DNA from: Eledone cirrhosa
Lineage: Eukaryota
Length of the DNA stretch: 64,000 nt
Direction of reading: 5' to 3'
Assembly: GCA_964016885.1 (NCBI GenBank)
Contig: OZ024743.1
Span: forward strand, 184,574,001-184,638,000
The position numbers and the translations under genes were made by a program. The notes beneath the pieces are model-generated. The model had not been told where the DNA came from and did no database searches. It worked only from the letters and a program-made list of their open reading frames with translations. This document shows, one piece after another, positions 26,807 to 40,898 of this stretch. How positions within the stretch are numbered: the first letter of the stretch is position 1; the number at the start of each line of letters is the position of its first letter.

Positions 26807-29800
26807 ATGTTGTTATATCATTAAGTTTGTTGTTTTCATTCACTGAACACTTTCATTGTACCTTCCAATTTCATGTTAATAATGAATAATATCAATCATT
26901 TTGCAGTTTATTATCTTTTCTATAGTGTCATTTATTATTATTTTCTAGAGATTCATTCAACATAAAGATTAATTATGTATGTGTAACCCTCAGTCCCGCA
27001 AGATCCAAAACAAAATCACATGCGCTAGTCATTCATTCATTTAGCCCCATCGCTCTCTGTGGAGCATATGCCATTGACGACAATCCGCCATCGTATACGA
27101 TCCTGGGCTGCTATTGCCATTCCACTCCAGTTGGCTTCCAACCTCAGTGTCACGCCTCCAGCTACCGTGGGGCTGGCCTGTTTTCCACTGTAAACACCAT
27201 ACACCAAATGGAATATATGAAAAAGAAGAGTGGTTCTCGAACCCATTCAGCTCATGTCAGTATGGAAAAATGGGCGTGGAATGATCACTCTTTCTCATAT
27301 ATATGTGTCTCAATTATAATCATCATTTTACGTCTGCTCTCCATGCTGGCATTGGATTGTCACGGTTCGAGACTAGACTGATCGGGGAATCACACCATAC
27401 TCCATATTTTGGCATGTTTTCTGTGGCTAGATGCCCTTTCTAATTAGTATTAACCACTTTACAAAGTTACATATAAATAATTTAGAAGAATCATTTTAGT
27501 CATTAAAAATAAACTTACATTTACTTTGTGGTACCAAAATTTTAGTTGCACTCTTTGCAACCTACGTCAGTGAAACAGTTCCACTTACAGTGGAACTGTG
27601 TCACTGACAAGTAGATCATGAACTGCTTGGAAGGCTTGCTGTAAGTAACAGCTAAATTGTCACACATGGTATACTTCGTGTTGAATGTAGTGATAGCATG
27701 TTCAATGTGGAAGCAGCATAGCTGGTTGGTTAAGAAGTTTGCTTCACAATAATTAGGTTCTTGGTTTGATCCCAACGCATGACATTTTGTACAAGTGTTA
27801 TTTACCATAGTCTCAGATTGACTCAAGCTTTATGAGTGGAATTGGGTAGACAGAAACTGTTTGGAAGTATGTTGGATGGACTGTAGTTCAAAGAGCCAGC
27901 CTTGTCACACAATCTGTCATGCTTAATCTCCCGGAAGAATGTTCAGCCACTTGCACATTAATTTCATGAGCAGGCTGCTCCATTGATCAAACAACTGGGG
28001 TCCATTCCAGCATGGATAGTAAAGTTTTAAGGAGAATAAAGAATTTTAGTTAATCCCAAAGGTTTTTTTCTCTTATAAATGGTAGGTGATATAATGCATA
28101 AGAAGTGTGATGCTTTATTGCATTAAAATACAGGATTGCAGAAAGTTATCTACAGTGTCCAGAGAAAGTGTTGTGGATGTGTAATAGTAATCTGATGGGT
28201 CCGCCATTGTTTTCAATGATGATCATTCAGTTGTTTGATCAACTATATCTAATTAATGAATTAATATGTAAGTGATTGAGTATTAAAAACATGTTCCCTT
28301 AACATAATTCCCAAGCTAAAATAGCATGATAGAATATGTAACAAGGTTGGACCTTTGAATTACAGCTACAATCCACCTGACTGACTTCCATACAATTTCT
28401 ATTCACCCAATTTCACTCACAAAGCTTGGGTCAATCCAAAGCTATGGTTAAAATATTTGCACAAGATTCCACACAAAGCGATCAAAGCCAGTACTAAACA
28501 CTGCTACTAAATTGTCAAAGTGGCTGAGTATCAAAATCATTGGTTAATAAGACCTGGTGAGATGGCTGACTGTATGGGCATATAACATGGATAGGGAAGT
28601 ATTGAGTTATTGGTGAAAGGTGCTCTTCATAAAGGTAAATTAAGGAAAATGCGGCAAGAAGTAATGCTAATAGAGTTGAAACTATTAGAATTTCACAATT
28701 GAGATGACACAAGTTCCAGAATTCAGGAAAATCTGCTGCAATGTTGACCTACCCAATACATGCTAGCATTGTGACAGATTCTAAATTAATGAGTATGGCA
28801 TAAAAGAAAATAAAACCTAATGTTAATGATCTGAACTCAATCCATATTAATTAAACCAATTGATAAATATAATCTGAAACGTGTTAGATTCCATAGTTAT
28901 AGTTTTTCAGCCTGTGGCATTCATGACATTCCAGGAAACTGGGCTGTTGACAAAAAGGTTTTTGTCATTGTTAGTGGTTTGCTTTTCTGAATTATCAGGT
29001 GATGCTCGTGAGGGTGCACAGCTATCCGGTGTCTTAGTCTCACTATTACTCATGGTAATGCTGTGTCTTGGTTTACCTTAAACATTTTTAGAAGGAAACA
29101 CAACTATACCCTACCATGTAATTGAGTGTGTACACCCTACATATTTCTTTTCTCTTCTTTCTTATTTTAAAATTAGCATTCTGTCATCAAATGTAACATA
29201 GTTGTTGATACAATCTATTGGCATTTATATATCTGAAAAGTTGTTGGCAATTTCAACATTTTGGTGTATGTGGGGAGAGAATTTAATTCATATTTTATTA
29301 CATAATTCATTCAGCTGTTAGTTAATTTGATTTATGAAAAAAGAAATGTGTAAATTGCAAGAAATATTCTTACTAAGTACTATTCATAAACCAATCTTTG
29401 GTGTGGAATAGAAGACAAAACATCATTAACAATTCATTTAATTTGATTAATCCAAAAGTACAAATGGGAGATATTCTATTTTGCTTTCTGTTTAATTTTT
29501 TTTTTGTTCATTGCTTTTTGTTTTTTCTTTGCTAGTCAGGGAAGGCATGTTGGGCTCATGATCATAAGGTCGTGGGTTCAATTCCTTTACCAAGTGATGT
29601 GTTGTGTCCTTAAACAAGGCACTTCATTTCACATTGCTCTGTTTGCTCGACTAAAAATAAGTACCAGCATCAGCTTGAGGTTAGTCATGTAACAGACTGG
29701 CATTCTGTCCAGGAGGGAGTCATGTAGTCTCAATTGATTAACACTCATGAAACCGAGATACTCTAGGCTTCATTCAACCTGTGCAAGCAGACATATAACA

Positions 29801-30042
29801 ATAGCTTTAATTTTAATGCTTTTTAATTAAAAAATAGTTTTTAAACCTCCCAAAAGGACAGATGTATAACAATAGTTCTAACTCTAATGTTTTCTTAATA
29901 AAAAAAAAAAAAGAGCTTTTAAAACCCTCAAAAATCAATCCCAATAAAATGTCAACAATCATTCTATAATTCTTAGAAATCAAATTGATTTACAAATTTT
30001 GTAAAATTCAATGTTTTCTAAAATTTGGTTTAAATTATTCTG

Positions 30043-33000
30043 TCATGACACTTTTTCTTCATCTTCTGTTGTTGGTCGTTTGTAAAATGTCCATCGCTGT
30101 TTTGTTTGCATTATTTCAATATCAAGTTTGTCAACCAGCCAGCTGAAATGAGGACAAATAAATAAATAAAAACCAATAAAAACTAATGGTAGAATCATTT
30201 TAGCCATTTAACCCCTTCATTACGTATTTCTAATGGATCAATGGTCAGCTCTTGTTGCCCTGATCTCCAACATGCACTTGATAGGTTTGATGTCGAGTGC
30301 TGCATGGCTGCAATGAAAATAAGTGTTGCGAAAACTGAGACACATCCTCTCAAGGAAGCCTGCAAAGTGCACTCTACATGTGAATTGAATTCCACTAAAG
30401 CAGGTGGAGAAGTTCAAGTATCTCAGGGCTGTGTTCATGAGTGATAGAAGGCAGGAGGCTGAATTAAGTGCAAAAATTGCCGGAGCTGGTTCAGTAATGC
30501 ACCAGCTTCAGCATTTGGTAATCAGAAGGATGTAGGTGAAAAAGCCAAACGTTATCTTCGATTTGGTGTTCGAGCCAACCCTTACCTCTGGTCATGATTC
30601 TTGGGTATTGACTGAAAGAATGACAGGCAAAAGTGGGGTTCCTCTGAAGGGTCTCTGGAGTACGTAACTTGAAGATCAGAGAGTTACTCCAGGTAGAGCT
30701 GCTACTTCTCCAAATTGAGAGATCACAGCTTTGATATTACAGGCATGTGGTTAGATGTCTCAAGAAAGAATTGGTGTACAGAGTTTATGGGCAAAACCAA
30801 CCAGCAGGAGACCCAGGGGTAGATCTCGAGCAAGATGGTTGGATAACATCCATAGGCTTGGCTGGTCTCGCTTGGGGATCCAGCCGGATCAATTGGAGAT
30901 GGTTGCTTTGGACAGGACCTGCTGGAAGGAGTGTTTGAGGACTCTGCATCGACGACCCTCTCAGGAATAAATGGATGAAGAAGATTTTAATACAAGGATA
31001 AACATTTTTAAACGAGTAGTTTTGTATCAAGCAAGTTAGTTCTTGAGGGTATTCTAGTTTCATGTTTACGACATCATGCCAAAACAGATGTAAACAAGAT
31101 ATGACCCTAGCCCATCTAAGGGGACAGTAGCTCTCATTAAGTACTGAGTTGGTCTGTAACAACCCATCCAATTCATGTGGACATATGATGATAATGGTAG
31201 TGGTGGTGGTGATCATGATTTCACTTCTGTATCTACATATACTGGACATTCTGTTACTATGTATATCCAGCCTTAAAAGATCGGTAATCTATCAACTACT
31301 TCTACAGAGCCCTCTGAGCATTTAAAGGAGCTAGTATCCTGTAAACTCTTGCTACTAACTGCACCTATGCAACAACCACATATAAAATCTGCATTCTTTG
31401 CTCACCTACCTGAAATCTCACTACATCTCTTGTGTACCCACAGTTTGCATTTGGGGCATAGGATGGAATTTCTACCTACTCCTTTCAAGCACACTGAGCA
31501 AGGCCAGTGGAATCTGGACCCTATTATCCTTTTCATACCGGGACTTTGGTCTTTGCCAAGTTGATTAAGACCTTGCTTCCAGATTTGGAATTTCTTCTCT
31601 AGATCTGCCATAGATTCAGCTATAAGCATTAGATCATCTGCATACCAAAGCTTTTATGGGCAGCCAGTCTTAAACTCTTCTGTTATAGCCTGCAGGACAA
31701 TAATAAATAGGAGAGGGCTAAGAATGGAGCCGTAATTCCCTCCTACCTGCACACTAAATTCTTCACTATAGTCATTGTTAATTCTAACCTTGCTGACTAT
31801 TCCTCTATACATGGCTTGTACTGCCCTCACAAGCAACTTATCTACTCCTAGTTTTCTAAGAGCCCACAAGATAATGGAACGAGGGACTGTGTCAAAACCT
31901 TTCTCAAGGCCCACATATGCCAAGTAGAGAGGTTTACTTTTAGCTAGGTACTTCTGCAGTTACCTCACAAGAAAAAGGGCATCTGTGGTACTTTTACCTG
32001 GCACAAATTTGAACTGCATCTCATCAAGGTTAACTCAGTCTCTGATCAGCTGTGCTATAGCTCTTTCTGTGACTTTCATGACCTCGTCCATCAACTTTAT
32101 ACCTGGTCAATCAATTTGATACCTGTATAGTTTTTTTCTGTTTAGAGCATTTCCTTTGCCCTTGTAGCAGTTGATGATGATGCTGTTATGCCAGTAATTG
32201 GGTATGACACCAAATTGTATTACTTGGTTTACAATACAGGTAGTTAAGGTGTGACCCACCATCCCAGATGCTTTCAGCATCTCAGCAACTATCCCAAAGG
32301 TTCAGCTGCTTTGCCTTCTTCATATCCTTGATTGACTTACTATAATACTGCTAACATGTATAGCCTGTCCCTCTATTGGGTTTATTTGGAGCAAATTATC
32401 TTCTGCCCATGTATTCTCCTCATTCAGTAGTCTTTTATAGTGACATTTCCATGCTATCTTCTTTTCAGCATCAGTGAGTGCAAATACACCATTATCATCT
32501 CTGACAAATTCCTCTCCGTCAACATCACAATTTTCCTTGACACACTACCTCACAATCATGATCACCTCATGCCTGTGGTCCTCGCGTTGCAGAAAATGTT
32601 GAAATTCCTTATTTTATGTTTCCCTTCTTGCAAAGTATACCTGTCACCTAGCTTCTCTCCTAGCATCCTGGTAGTGCTCTCTATTTTCTCCATTCTGCCA
32701 TTCTTTCTATGCCTGTCTTTTGACCTTAATTGTCTCGTCCACTCTACTGTTCCACCTTCAAGTCACTTTCTTTCTCCCTAGAGACATGCTCCAACCACAG
32801 ATTTTGTTTGTCACTTTCAGTAGATTATCTTTCAGGAATTTCCACTGCCCCTCTATATTGTATGTTGTTATTTGCTCTTCTTTACTGTCAAAAGCATCAA
32901 GAAACATACCTCTATATATGTTAATGGCTGTGGGTCCTTTAACTTCCATATTCTTCTCCTTTAGGTTGTCTTCTGTCATGAAGTTCGTCTTGCTTTAACT

Positions 33001-36000
33001 ATGGGGTTGCTAACTACTAGGTTATGTTGGGAGGTGCATTCTTAACCAGGGAGGGACTTTGTGTTTACAATTGTCACTGTCTTGTCTTCTGGTGAGGATA
33101 AAATCTATCTGACTGGCATGCTTACCTGATCTATAGATGATCAAGTGATTGTTTTTTTAAGTTTGTGTTACAGATAGATAGATCATTGGCATTGCAGAAT
33201 TCCAGAAACCTGCAACCTTCCTCATTTCTAACACCAAATCCATAACCTCCATGGATCCCTTTGAAGCCATCACAATATTGCTCAACATGCCCATTAAAGT
33301 CGCTTGTAATGATTATGGAGTCACTGTTGCTTATTTGGGAAGTAATGTGCATTAGGGATTTGTAGAATCTGTCTTTTAGTCCATCTAACAGTCCTGATTG
33401 AGGTAATAATTGTTGACATAGCACATTGTCTATGGCCAATACAATTCTGGTGACAGGATAGGACCCGTCAACCTTTTAGTTGGTAGTCCTGTAGAAACAA
33501 CAAGGGCGCCTCTATGCAGTCCTTCGACCTGTTAGAAATAACAACCAAAGTTTCCCCAAAAGCATATCCATATTTTAAAAGGACTTATTTGATAATGTAG
33601 TCCTGGATGCATTGTCTGAAAATAAGAAGGGATAGATATAGCACTTTGATCATAGGCCTGCTTAATCAAATCCGAACTCTATAATATGAGTTCAAATCTC
33701 TACAATATGAGTTAAAATCCCATTACAGTTAACTTTGTTTTGTATCCTTCTAAGGATGATAAAAATTAAAAACAGTTACAGCTACTAATCTATGAGGAAT
33801 GATTATATAAACTTCCTTTACAAATTTATGGCGTTATGCCAAAAACAGAATTCAATATTTTATAAAAATAAATATAGTTATTCTAAAATAAAACATCATT
33901 TTAGGTCCACTTTCTATACTGGCATGGGTCAGGTCATTATGATCCAATACTAGCTCGGATTGGGGAACCACATCTTACTCATGTTTTAAATTTTGTTATA
34001 CTTTCTACAGTTGGATGCTCTTCCTAACATCAAGCACTTTACAGAGTGTACTGAATGCATTTTATTGTGGTATCAGCACTACTACTGGTACCGACAAATT
34101 AAATTAAAAGGCAAGATGTTTTCATTTACCTTTCATTTGTATTTTCACGAGTAGCCCAGCAATAAAGCATTCCTTTGTCTTTTGGTCCACGTACAGGTAT
34201 TGCAATCTAATTCATTAAAAGGAAAAAGAGAAAAAATATTTTGTCAGCATATTTCTTTAAGTGCTTTTTAACACATCTTTAACACATCTGTATGGCTGAG
34301 AGGTTAAGAAATTTATTTTGCAATCATGAGGTCCTGGTTTCAAATGCCACCATGAAAAACACAGACACAAAAGTGTTGATATAAGTCACCAATGCATGAA
34401 TCACCATATTGGAAACATTTCCTGTAAATTACACATCTGAAGAACACATCAACACAAGTGCTTCTTCTGTTAAAAATACCACACCCAAGATAGCTAGGCC
34501 ACCATTGAATCAGTGAATGCAACATCAGAAACTTGGGAATCAGAGGTAATCTTCATCAACAAATTGCAGCCTTCCTTTAATAGCAAATGTCAGTTGCATG
34601 AAGCTTATTGGCTACAATGACTATACTAGATTGTATATGATAATACTTCTCTGAGCAAATATTTTCACAGAAGAGCCCAGCTTGCCACCACCATCACATT
34701 TCATTTTCTCTTATGAAAATGGGGTTTTAACCCCCAAAATATCATGATATATATGAGATAAAAGTGCAAACTGTTGTTTTGTTTTGTCTTGCTTTGCACT
34801 TAGTACGCCTTTATTTCAAACTTGTACTGGCTTTTCTAAAATAATTTCACAATGCTTCATACAACCATACTAAAATCAATGTTTATAACAAACAGTTTTT
34901 ACAAACCTTAGCACCTAAGGCACCAACCACATTGTTCTCTGTATCGCCAAGGTCAATAGACTTCACTGCAATTGGTTGGCCAAGATATTTTTCTATAGGG
35001 GTGTACTTACGTAGAATAGACACTGATTCAATAAAATATTCTGCTTGTTTAAACTTATCTGAAATAAATTAATAAATAAATAGAATAAACAAAAATAACC
35101 AAATAGCTTAATGATTGATATTGATTTTTGTAAATTATTTACAAATTACATGTAAAGTGAAGATATTTCAGTGGGTATTGAACTATTTTTCATGGATCCC
35201 CTATGTCCCACCCCCTTCTTATGCACAGAATGTTAGAACTCTCTTCGTACTCATGTCATTCCCAAAGGAGTGAATCTCCAACAGTTTATACAGAAGATCA
35301 ACAGTCTTCGAAGGGCCTCATAGTCACTGTCCCTTCCTCTAAACTTACCAAGTAGAAAAAAAAATTCCAGATGCAATGCAAGTGTTTCACTATATCTGGG
35401 CAGAACACTTCATTCTACATTGTTCACCCCCCACTTTCTCATAGTTTTACAAGAATATGTAGCAGATTATTTAGAAATGTTATTCCCCAGCTATTGACTG
35501 GTGTCATATCCAAAAAGAGATTTATCTCTTATTTGTTACATGCTTTGACTTGAACATAAGCTATTTCCTAGCACTTGGAATGAGATGGAACCTGAGGCTG
35601 CAGCATACATGAACTCATTTTTGGTGCTTCTACTTATTACTTATTTATTTATTGTTGTTTAGTAATATAACTAATTCTCTTCTTAAGTTGGTGTTTAGAA
35701 TATAAAGTTTCTTATATACAATTTGATGGAAAGTTTTTAGATAAATATAAACATTTTAAAACAAACTGTAATATATTGTAGAACCAGAGGTAGTTTCAAT
35801 CAGTTTGGTATCAAAAGGGTTAAGAGAAGACTTGAATGTCTGATCTGCAAATGTTTGCGACTAGTCTGGCTTTTCGTCGTTTTGGCAAATGATGCCAACT
35901 GTATAACAAAGAATATGCTATTTTATACTCTATAGAAATAATTCATAATTTTAAACAAAAATCCTCTAATTACAGTTTTGGAGAAAAGTTCTTATCAAAA

Positions 36001-36102
36001 TAACTTACTTTGTATTTTCATAGTAAAATACCCAGCTCCTCCAAGGGAAATGAACCCTCCGACAATTGCAATGTTCCGTAGAACATGGAGTCGAACTGGC
36101 AT
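30043..36102 (-). CDS. COA1: Cytochrome c oxidase assembly factor 1 homolog, 4 coding exons (~140 aa)
   Basis: Phase-compatible GT-AG exons 36102-36009 (MPVRLHVLRNIAIVGGFISLGGAGYFTMKIQ), 35058-34907 (NKFKQAEYF...LGQPIAVKSIDLGD...AK), 34206-34130 (IAIPVRGPKDKGMLYCWATR...), 30142-30043 (WLVDKLDIEI...EEKVS*). An N-terminal TM plus LG.P, IPV.GP..KG.LY and W..D.L motifs fit COA1/Tim21-like proteins. Confidence 0.85.
30240..30985 (+). mobile_element. 3' fragment of the second RTE-like LINE family, in COA1 intron 3
   Basis: Degenerate RT C-terminus (RRPRGRSRARWLDNI); homologous to 58330-59065. Confidence 0.75.
31260..33410 (-). mobile_element. Degenerate RTE-clade LINE, in COA1 intron 3
   Basis: APE and RT fragments collinear with the 8307-12210 element (DFNGHV, LEKGFD, LSPLLF, WPCSVC). 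Confidence 0.88.
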
Positions 36103-38214
36103 GGCTCTTTTTTAGCAAAGCTGAAAATATATAAACAGTCTTTTTACCAATGTGATGGCCTAGGAATCCTCAAATCAAAATGTTGACGAATATCTCTATA
36201 AACCAGGTTTTTCTATATTATATTTGTTTTTGTATTTTATCTATTCATCATTTTTACATGTTAAGATGCTTGTATGGCAGACCTATCAAACGCAAGTCGT
36301 GACAAAAAAAAAAAGTCCTCCGAAGAGAACACCAAATATCATTCCAAATAACAACCACTTGAACCACAAAGTATACATCGGGAGCTAGTTAGCAGAACAT
36401 ACAGACCAACCAAATAGAATGTTATCTCTAAATAAGACACTGCATCAGGCAAACCGAATATCAAAGGTGTTCTATAGTAACTATCCATTCTTTTCTAACA
36501 TAAGACTACATTGTCGAATGCATCTGACATTTTCTTTTTAGACAGTATGGTGTGATTTGAGGAGAGTTTGGTTGGTTGTTGTTGCATTTCTTCTATGAAT
36601 ACTCTGTCTTTTTCCTTTGGGCAGAGAACCAATGATCACATTATCCACTTTTTTAAGGCGGCGGGTTGTGATTTAGGAGGAGGTTTGGCTGTTATGATTG
36701 TGCGTGTGTGTGCAGAGGCATCTATTGAACATAAGAGCAGTCTTCTTCTTGTCGTATGACATATGCACAATGGTGAGAGAGAGAGAGAGAGAGATTGGTA
36801 AGCCAGACATTGGTGTCATTTATAGAATTATGCATTGCTTCCAGGCCGTCGGGAAAACGTTTAAGAGGGAAATCCCGAACAACATGCAGCAGTTGAATAA
36901 AGGGAGATCATTCATAACTAACCATATTAATTCTAGTTTGGTTAGAATTTTGAAGGTGAGATTTGTTTTTCCTGTAATTTTTGGATGTTTTAAACGAATA
37001 TAGCCTTCAAAATCGCCGTAAATTACTCCATAATACTTGTCTCAAAAACGGGTGTAATAGAAAAAATTAATAAAGGCTTTGTTTCTGGTATTTAAAAACG
37101 GTTTCGGTTTTTATTTTTCCTCTTCCAGGTTTGTTTGCTTCTTTATGTATATCGTATAATGTATAGAAAAACATGTCGCACATATAAATGTTTATGGGTA
37201 GTATTTTCTCTTTATGCATTATCTTTTCAACTGAATATTTTATTTAGGGGTAAATGTCAAGTATAGGGAAATTGCGGTAGTTCAAGTCCCGGGAACTAAA
37301 AGGAATCTGGTTTCAAATTCTGTGATCAGACTCATTAAGACTCGAAACGGAATTAATTCTGTCAAATTAATATATGAATAAAATAAATCACATACTCTAC
37401 CCTCCTAGTATGGAGAACTTTAATTTGTATCTGTAAGGCTTGTTCACATGAACAATATTGTCTGAAGAGGTACCATCGCCAAAACTTCGAACTCACTGCC
37501 ATTTTCTCTTCGGAAAATTGATTAAAGGTGTTTATATTTTTTTCAATTTAAAGGAAAATTCATTTTCTGGTATGTTTACATGCCAACATATTAAATATGT
37601 GTATATTTATATACACATGAGTGCAGTCTCAGTTACCCATTCTCTGTATAGAGATATAACTTTAGCGTACACTTCGGCTGCTACCGCACGTCTTAATATA
37701 TATATATACACACATCATATAAGTAGTAGTAGTAAAGTAAGAAATAGTTTCTTGTTGCTGTAAACAGAATGGAAGTTACAAACTATTATTTCCCTTATTG
37801 ATTGTTTATGATGAACGATCGTTAGAAGTTAATAAGTATTGCATGGTATGACTAGAAATGTCACTAACAATAGATGTCTAGCTTGAAGCTATGAGAATGT
37901 ACAATTAATATGCTCTAGAAAAGATGTTCCGTATTGTTTTGTCCGTTTTTAGAATTAAACACAGATTAAAATATCACACAAGTGAGGAAGAAAAGTATTA
38001 TTTGATGGTATATATAGTAGCATCGCTAAAGGTTAACGTATTCAACATGTTTCTAAGAAAAAAACACAACTTTAAAAGCAAGGCACATACAAACAGAAAC
38101 AAGAGACTACATAAGAGTATGACAGAATACTTACAACGAAACATTTACGTGGTCTTAAATTTGTCCAGCTTCGTATGCAGAGAATTCTATAGTGTATAAA
38201 TGTTAGTCTGTTGG

Positions 38215-38405
38215 TAGACGTGGATTGGCAGTATCGGTAGAGAGTCGGACGCCATGCTTTGCAGCAAAGAGTTACGGCCCTTTATGATCTGAGTTCAAAT
38301 CCCCCCGAGGTTAACTTTACCTTTCATCCTTATGGGGTTAATAAAATAAAGTACCTGTAATACACTGTATTAATTACTGGCCTTGTGCCAAAAGTAGAAA
38401 CAATT
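38215..38405 (+). mobile_element. tRNA-derived SINE
   Basis: A-box-like tggcagtatcgg, B-box-like gagttcaaatcc, shared core and tail. Confidence 0.8.
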
Positions 38406-39239
38406 ATATCTAATTAAAGGAAGATGTTTAATATCAGAATTAGTGCTGTGTGTGCGATTGATCGGAACCGATTGCTACTCGACCACCACAGAATATATTC
38501 AGTTTTAAGTGAGTGAAGATTCGCTGGAATTGTTTCCCTTTGCCTTTTTTTTTTAAATTTAATATAGTAAAGGGAAAATCTAATTAATTAATAATAGTTA
38601 CAAGATGTGGAATAGAAAGTAGAGCTCAATGACTAATACCAGTAATGCACTGGGTAATTGCTGGCCTTGTGCCAAAAGTAGAAACAATTATTTTAATAAT
38701 TTTAACAAATACGGGTGGCCATTCCAGACAAGTAAAACTTGAAAAAAGCAGTGTAAAGAATAAAGCCAATAATAATGTAGAATGTTAAAAACAAAAGACC
38801 CAAAACTTAGCGTTCCTGAATTACCGAAACAAATATGTCACGTTTTAGAGTGTTTTTTTTTTATATTCTAACATCAAACTTTTTGTTATGAATAAACAAA
38901 CTCCTGCTTGCTTCTAAGTTCCCGTAAGGAGAAATATAAAGCTCTACTAGAGTGAAGGGGAGGGGAATAAGTTCCTGCAGCAGAGGAAGGTAGACTGAAG
39001 CAGAGAGTATGAGACAATTTACGTTTGAGAGCCTCTATCAACTCTCTCTTTGATCAATCTTATCAATTCTCAAGGTTTTATTCCCTGTTGTAATGGAGAA
39101 ACAATGCTTACAGAACGAAAGCACAAACAAATAAAATATAAAGGAAAGGGAAGGCGAAAACAGAAAAAAATAAAAATAAAATAAAATAAAGAAGAAAAAA
39201 ACACAGAAGCGGTTAGCACACACATCTGGGACCACATAC

Positions 39240-40738
39240 AACAAAAGGCAGGCGAAAGGGGTCGACAACCGGGCCGCTACAAGAGTAAAAGATAACAGCA
39301 TCGCGAGGAGCACTGGGAAACCTCTCTAATGATTTTTGAGGCAAGCCATCACGCTCACGGCGTTACCTCGGGTGATGGCTAGGCTGATGCGTTAGAACAA
39401 ACAAGCGCCCTCACGAACTTCACAAGTTACCTCTGTTAGGCGAGCCGCCAGTGAATATAGGAATCTCGCAGTCAGTAGCCCGACGCCCGCAAACGTCTCG
39501 AAGCCACAGGCTGGAAAATATAGCTGGCCGACAGATCACAGTATTTGAGGGTCTTGCTCCGCTCGGCTGCGGAAGCTGTGGCTCTCCCCCTAACCGCAGC
39601 CTCCAGGATGTGGGAAGAAGCAAAGGCGTCACTAACTGTGATGTCTCAGACAAGGCATCTGCCTCTCGACCAGGGGCACAGGGTAAGGCCGCCAGGTCTT
39701 TTCACATCAATTCTGGACAACCCAGATGGTTCCAAGATTGAGGGAATGTTTTTCCGGGCCAAAGCTCTCTTGAGAATAAGGTTTAGCTCTGTGTGACGCG
39801 GAGGCCTGTGGAGTTGAGGAATTTTCCACATCGACACCTCAGACCCGTACAAACGTCAGTTCCCACTCTGAGGGTAATGGAGAAACGAAGTTCGTCCAAG
39901 CAGAGTAGGCCATCAACGTTAGCCATGGATAGGGTATCAATCCAGTCGCCTGAGTATTTGGCGCTGGCAGACAGTAAGCGGCACCTTGAAAACTGATCCG
40001 ACTGGACGAAGAGGGAGTCGAAGGTGGCCTTCGAACTTATGCTGTCCCAAGCTTCGACTGTCCTCCACCTTGCCAGGAACAGACAAGCCCAACTCACTCC
40101 ATTGTTGGAGAGGTTAATCCAACTCCCTGTTGGAAGTAGTACATGTTGGAAAGGAGAGGATGCTGCTCACCAGGGTGGAGCAAACGTGGGTGGAGGAAAG
40201 GAAGCAAGGGAGAGAGAGTGACTAACATTTACGAAGACCAAGACCCCCAAATCGCTTGGGCAACGCAGCCTGATCGCGGGACTCTGGAGAGAGTCTGACA
40301 TAGACCAAGCACTCGAGTCTCTCGAAGATTAGGTCATCGAAGCGTTGGAGGCAGGACGGAAATCTGTGAGAAGGGCTGGCCCTGAGCATATATAGAAGCT
40401 TAGGAATCGAAAGGTAGTTTCTGAGTATGAAAAAACCTTGATGGGGTTCGATTGCTCAGGCCAACCGTCTTCAAGGCTAACCATCTTCGATTAGAAGATT
40501 GACTCGAAGGCAAGGTCTGTAATTGGGGCTCCCAAGAAGCACCAAACTGACAGGGGATGGACCGCAATGGAAGGGAAGGACTCTGTAAACAGATCAATTG
40601 TCTGTTGATGTTGAGAAGCCGGGTGGTTGAGGATTCAGAGCTCGCATTTAGAGCTATTGATCTGGAGACCCCGACGGCCAAGCTCCTCAACCATTTTGTT
40701 AGCAGTGGCGAGAATCTTATCCGCACTTGGTGATGAAT
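39240..40738 (-). mobile_element. 5'-truncated CRE-clade non-LTR retrotransposon (RT end, Zn knuckle, RLE), degenerate
   Basis: Broken frames give GLQINSSKCEL, SGDW, LRVG...CRCG, LEPSGLSRIDVKRPGG, K.LKY. Confidence 0.75.
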
Positions 40739-40898
40739 TAATGTTTTTTTCTTTCTCTCGCTTTGATCATATATTTATAAAGTTCCAAGCAATAATTAAT
40801 TGTATTTATTATATGTGTTTATATTTTCATTCTGTAAGATCTATTCATTAAGTATTGTATATATTATTTGCGTTTATATTTTCGTTCTGTAAGCATTA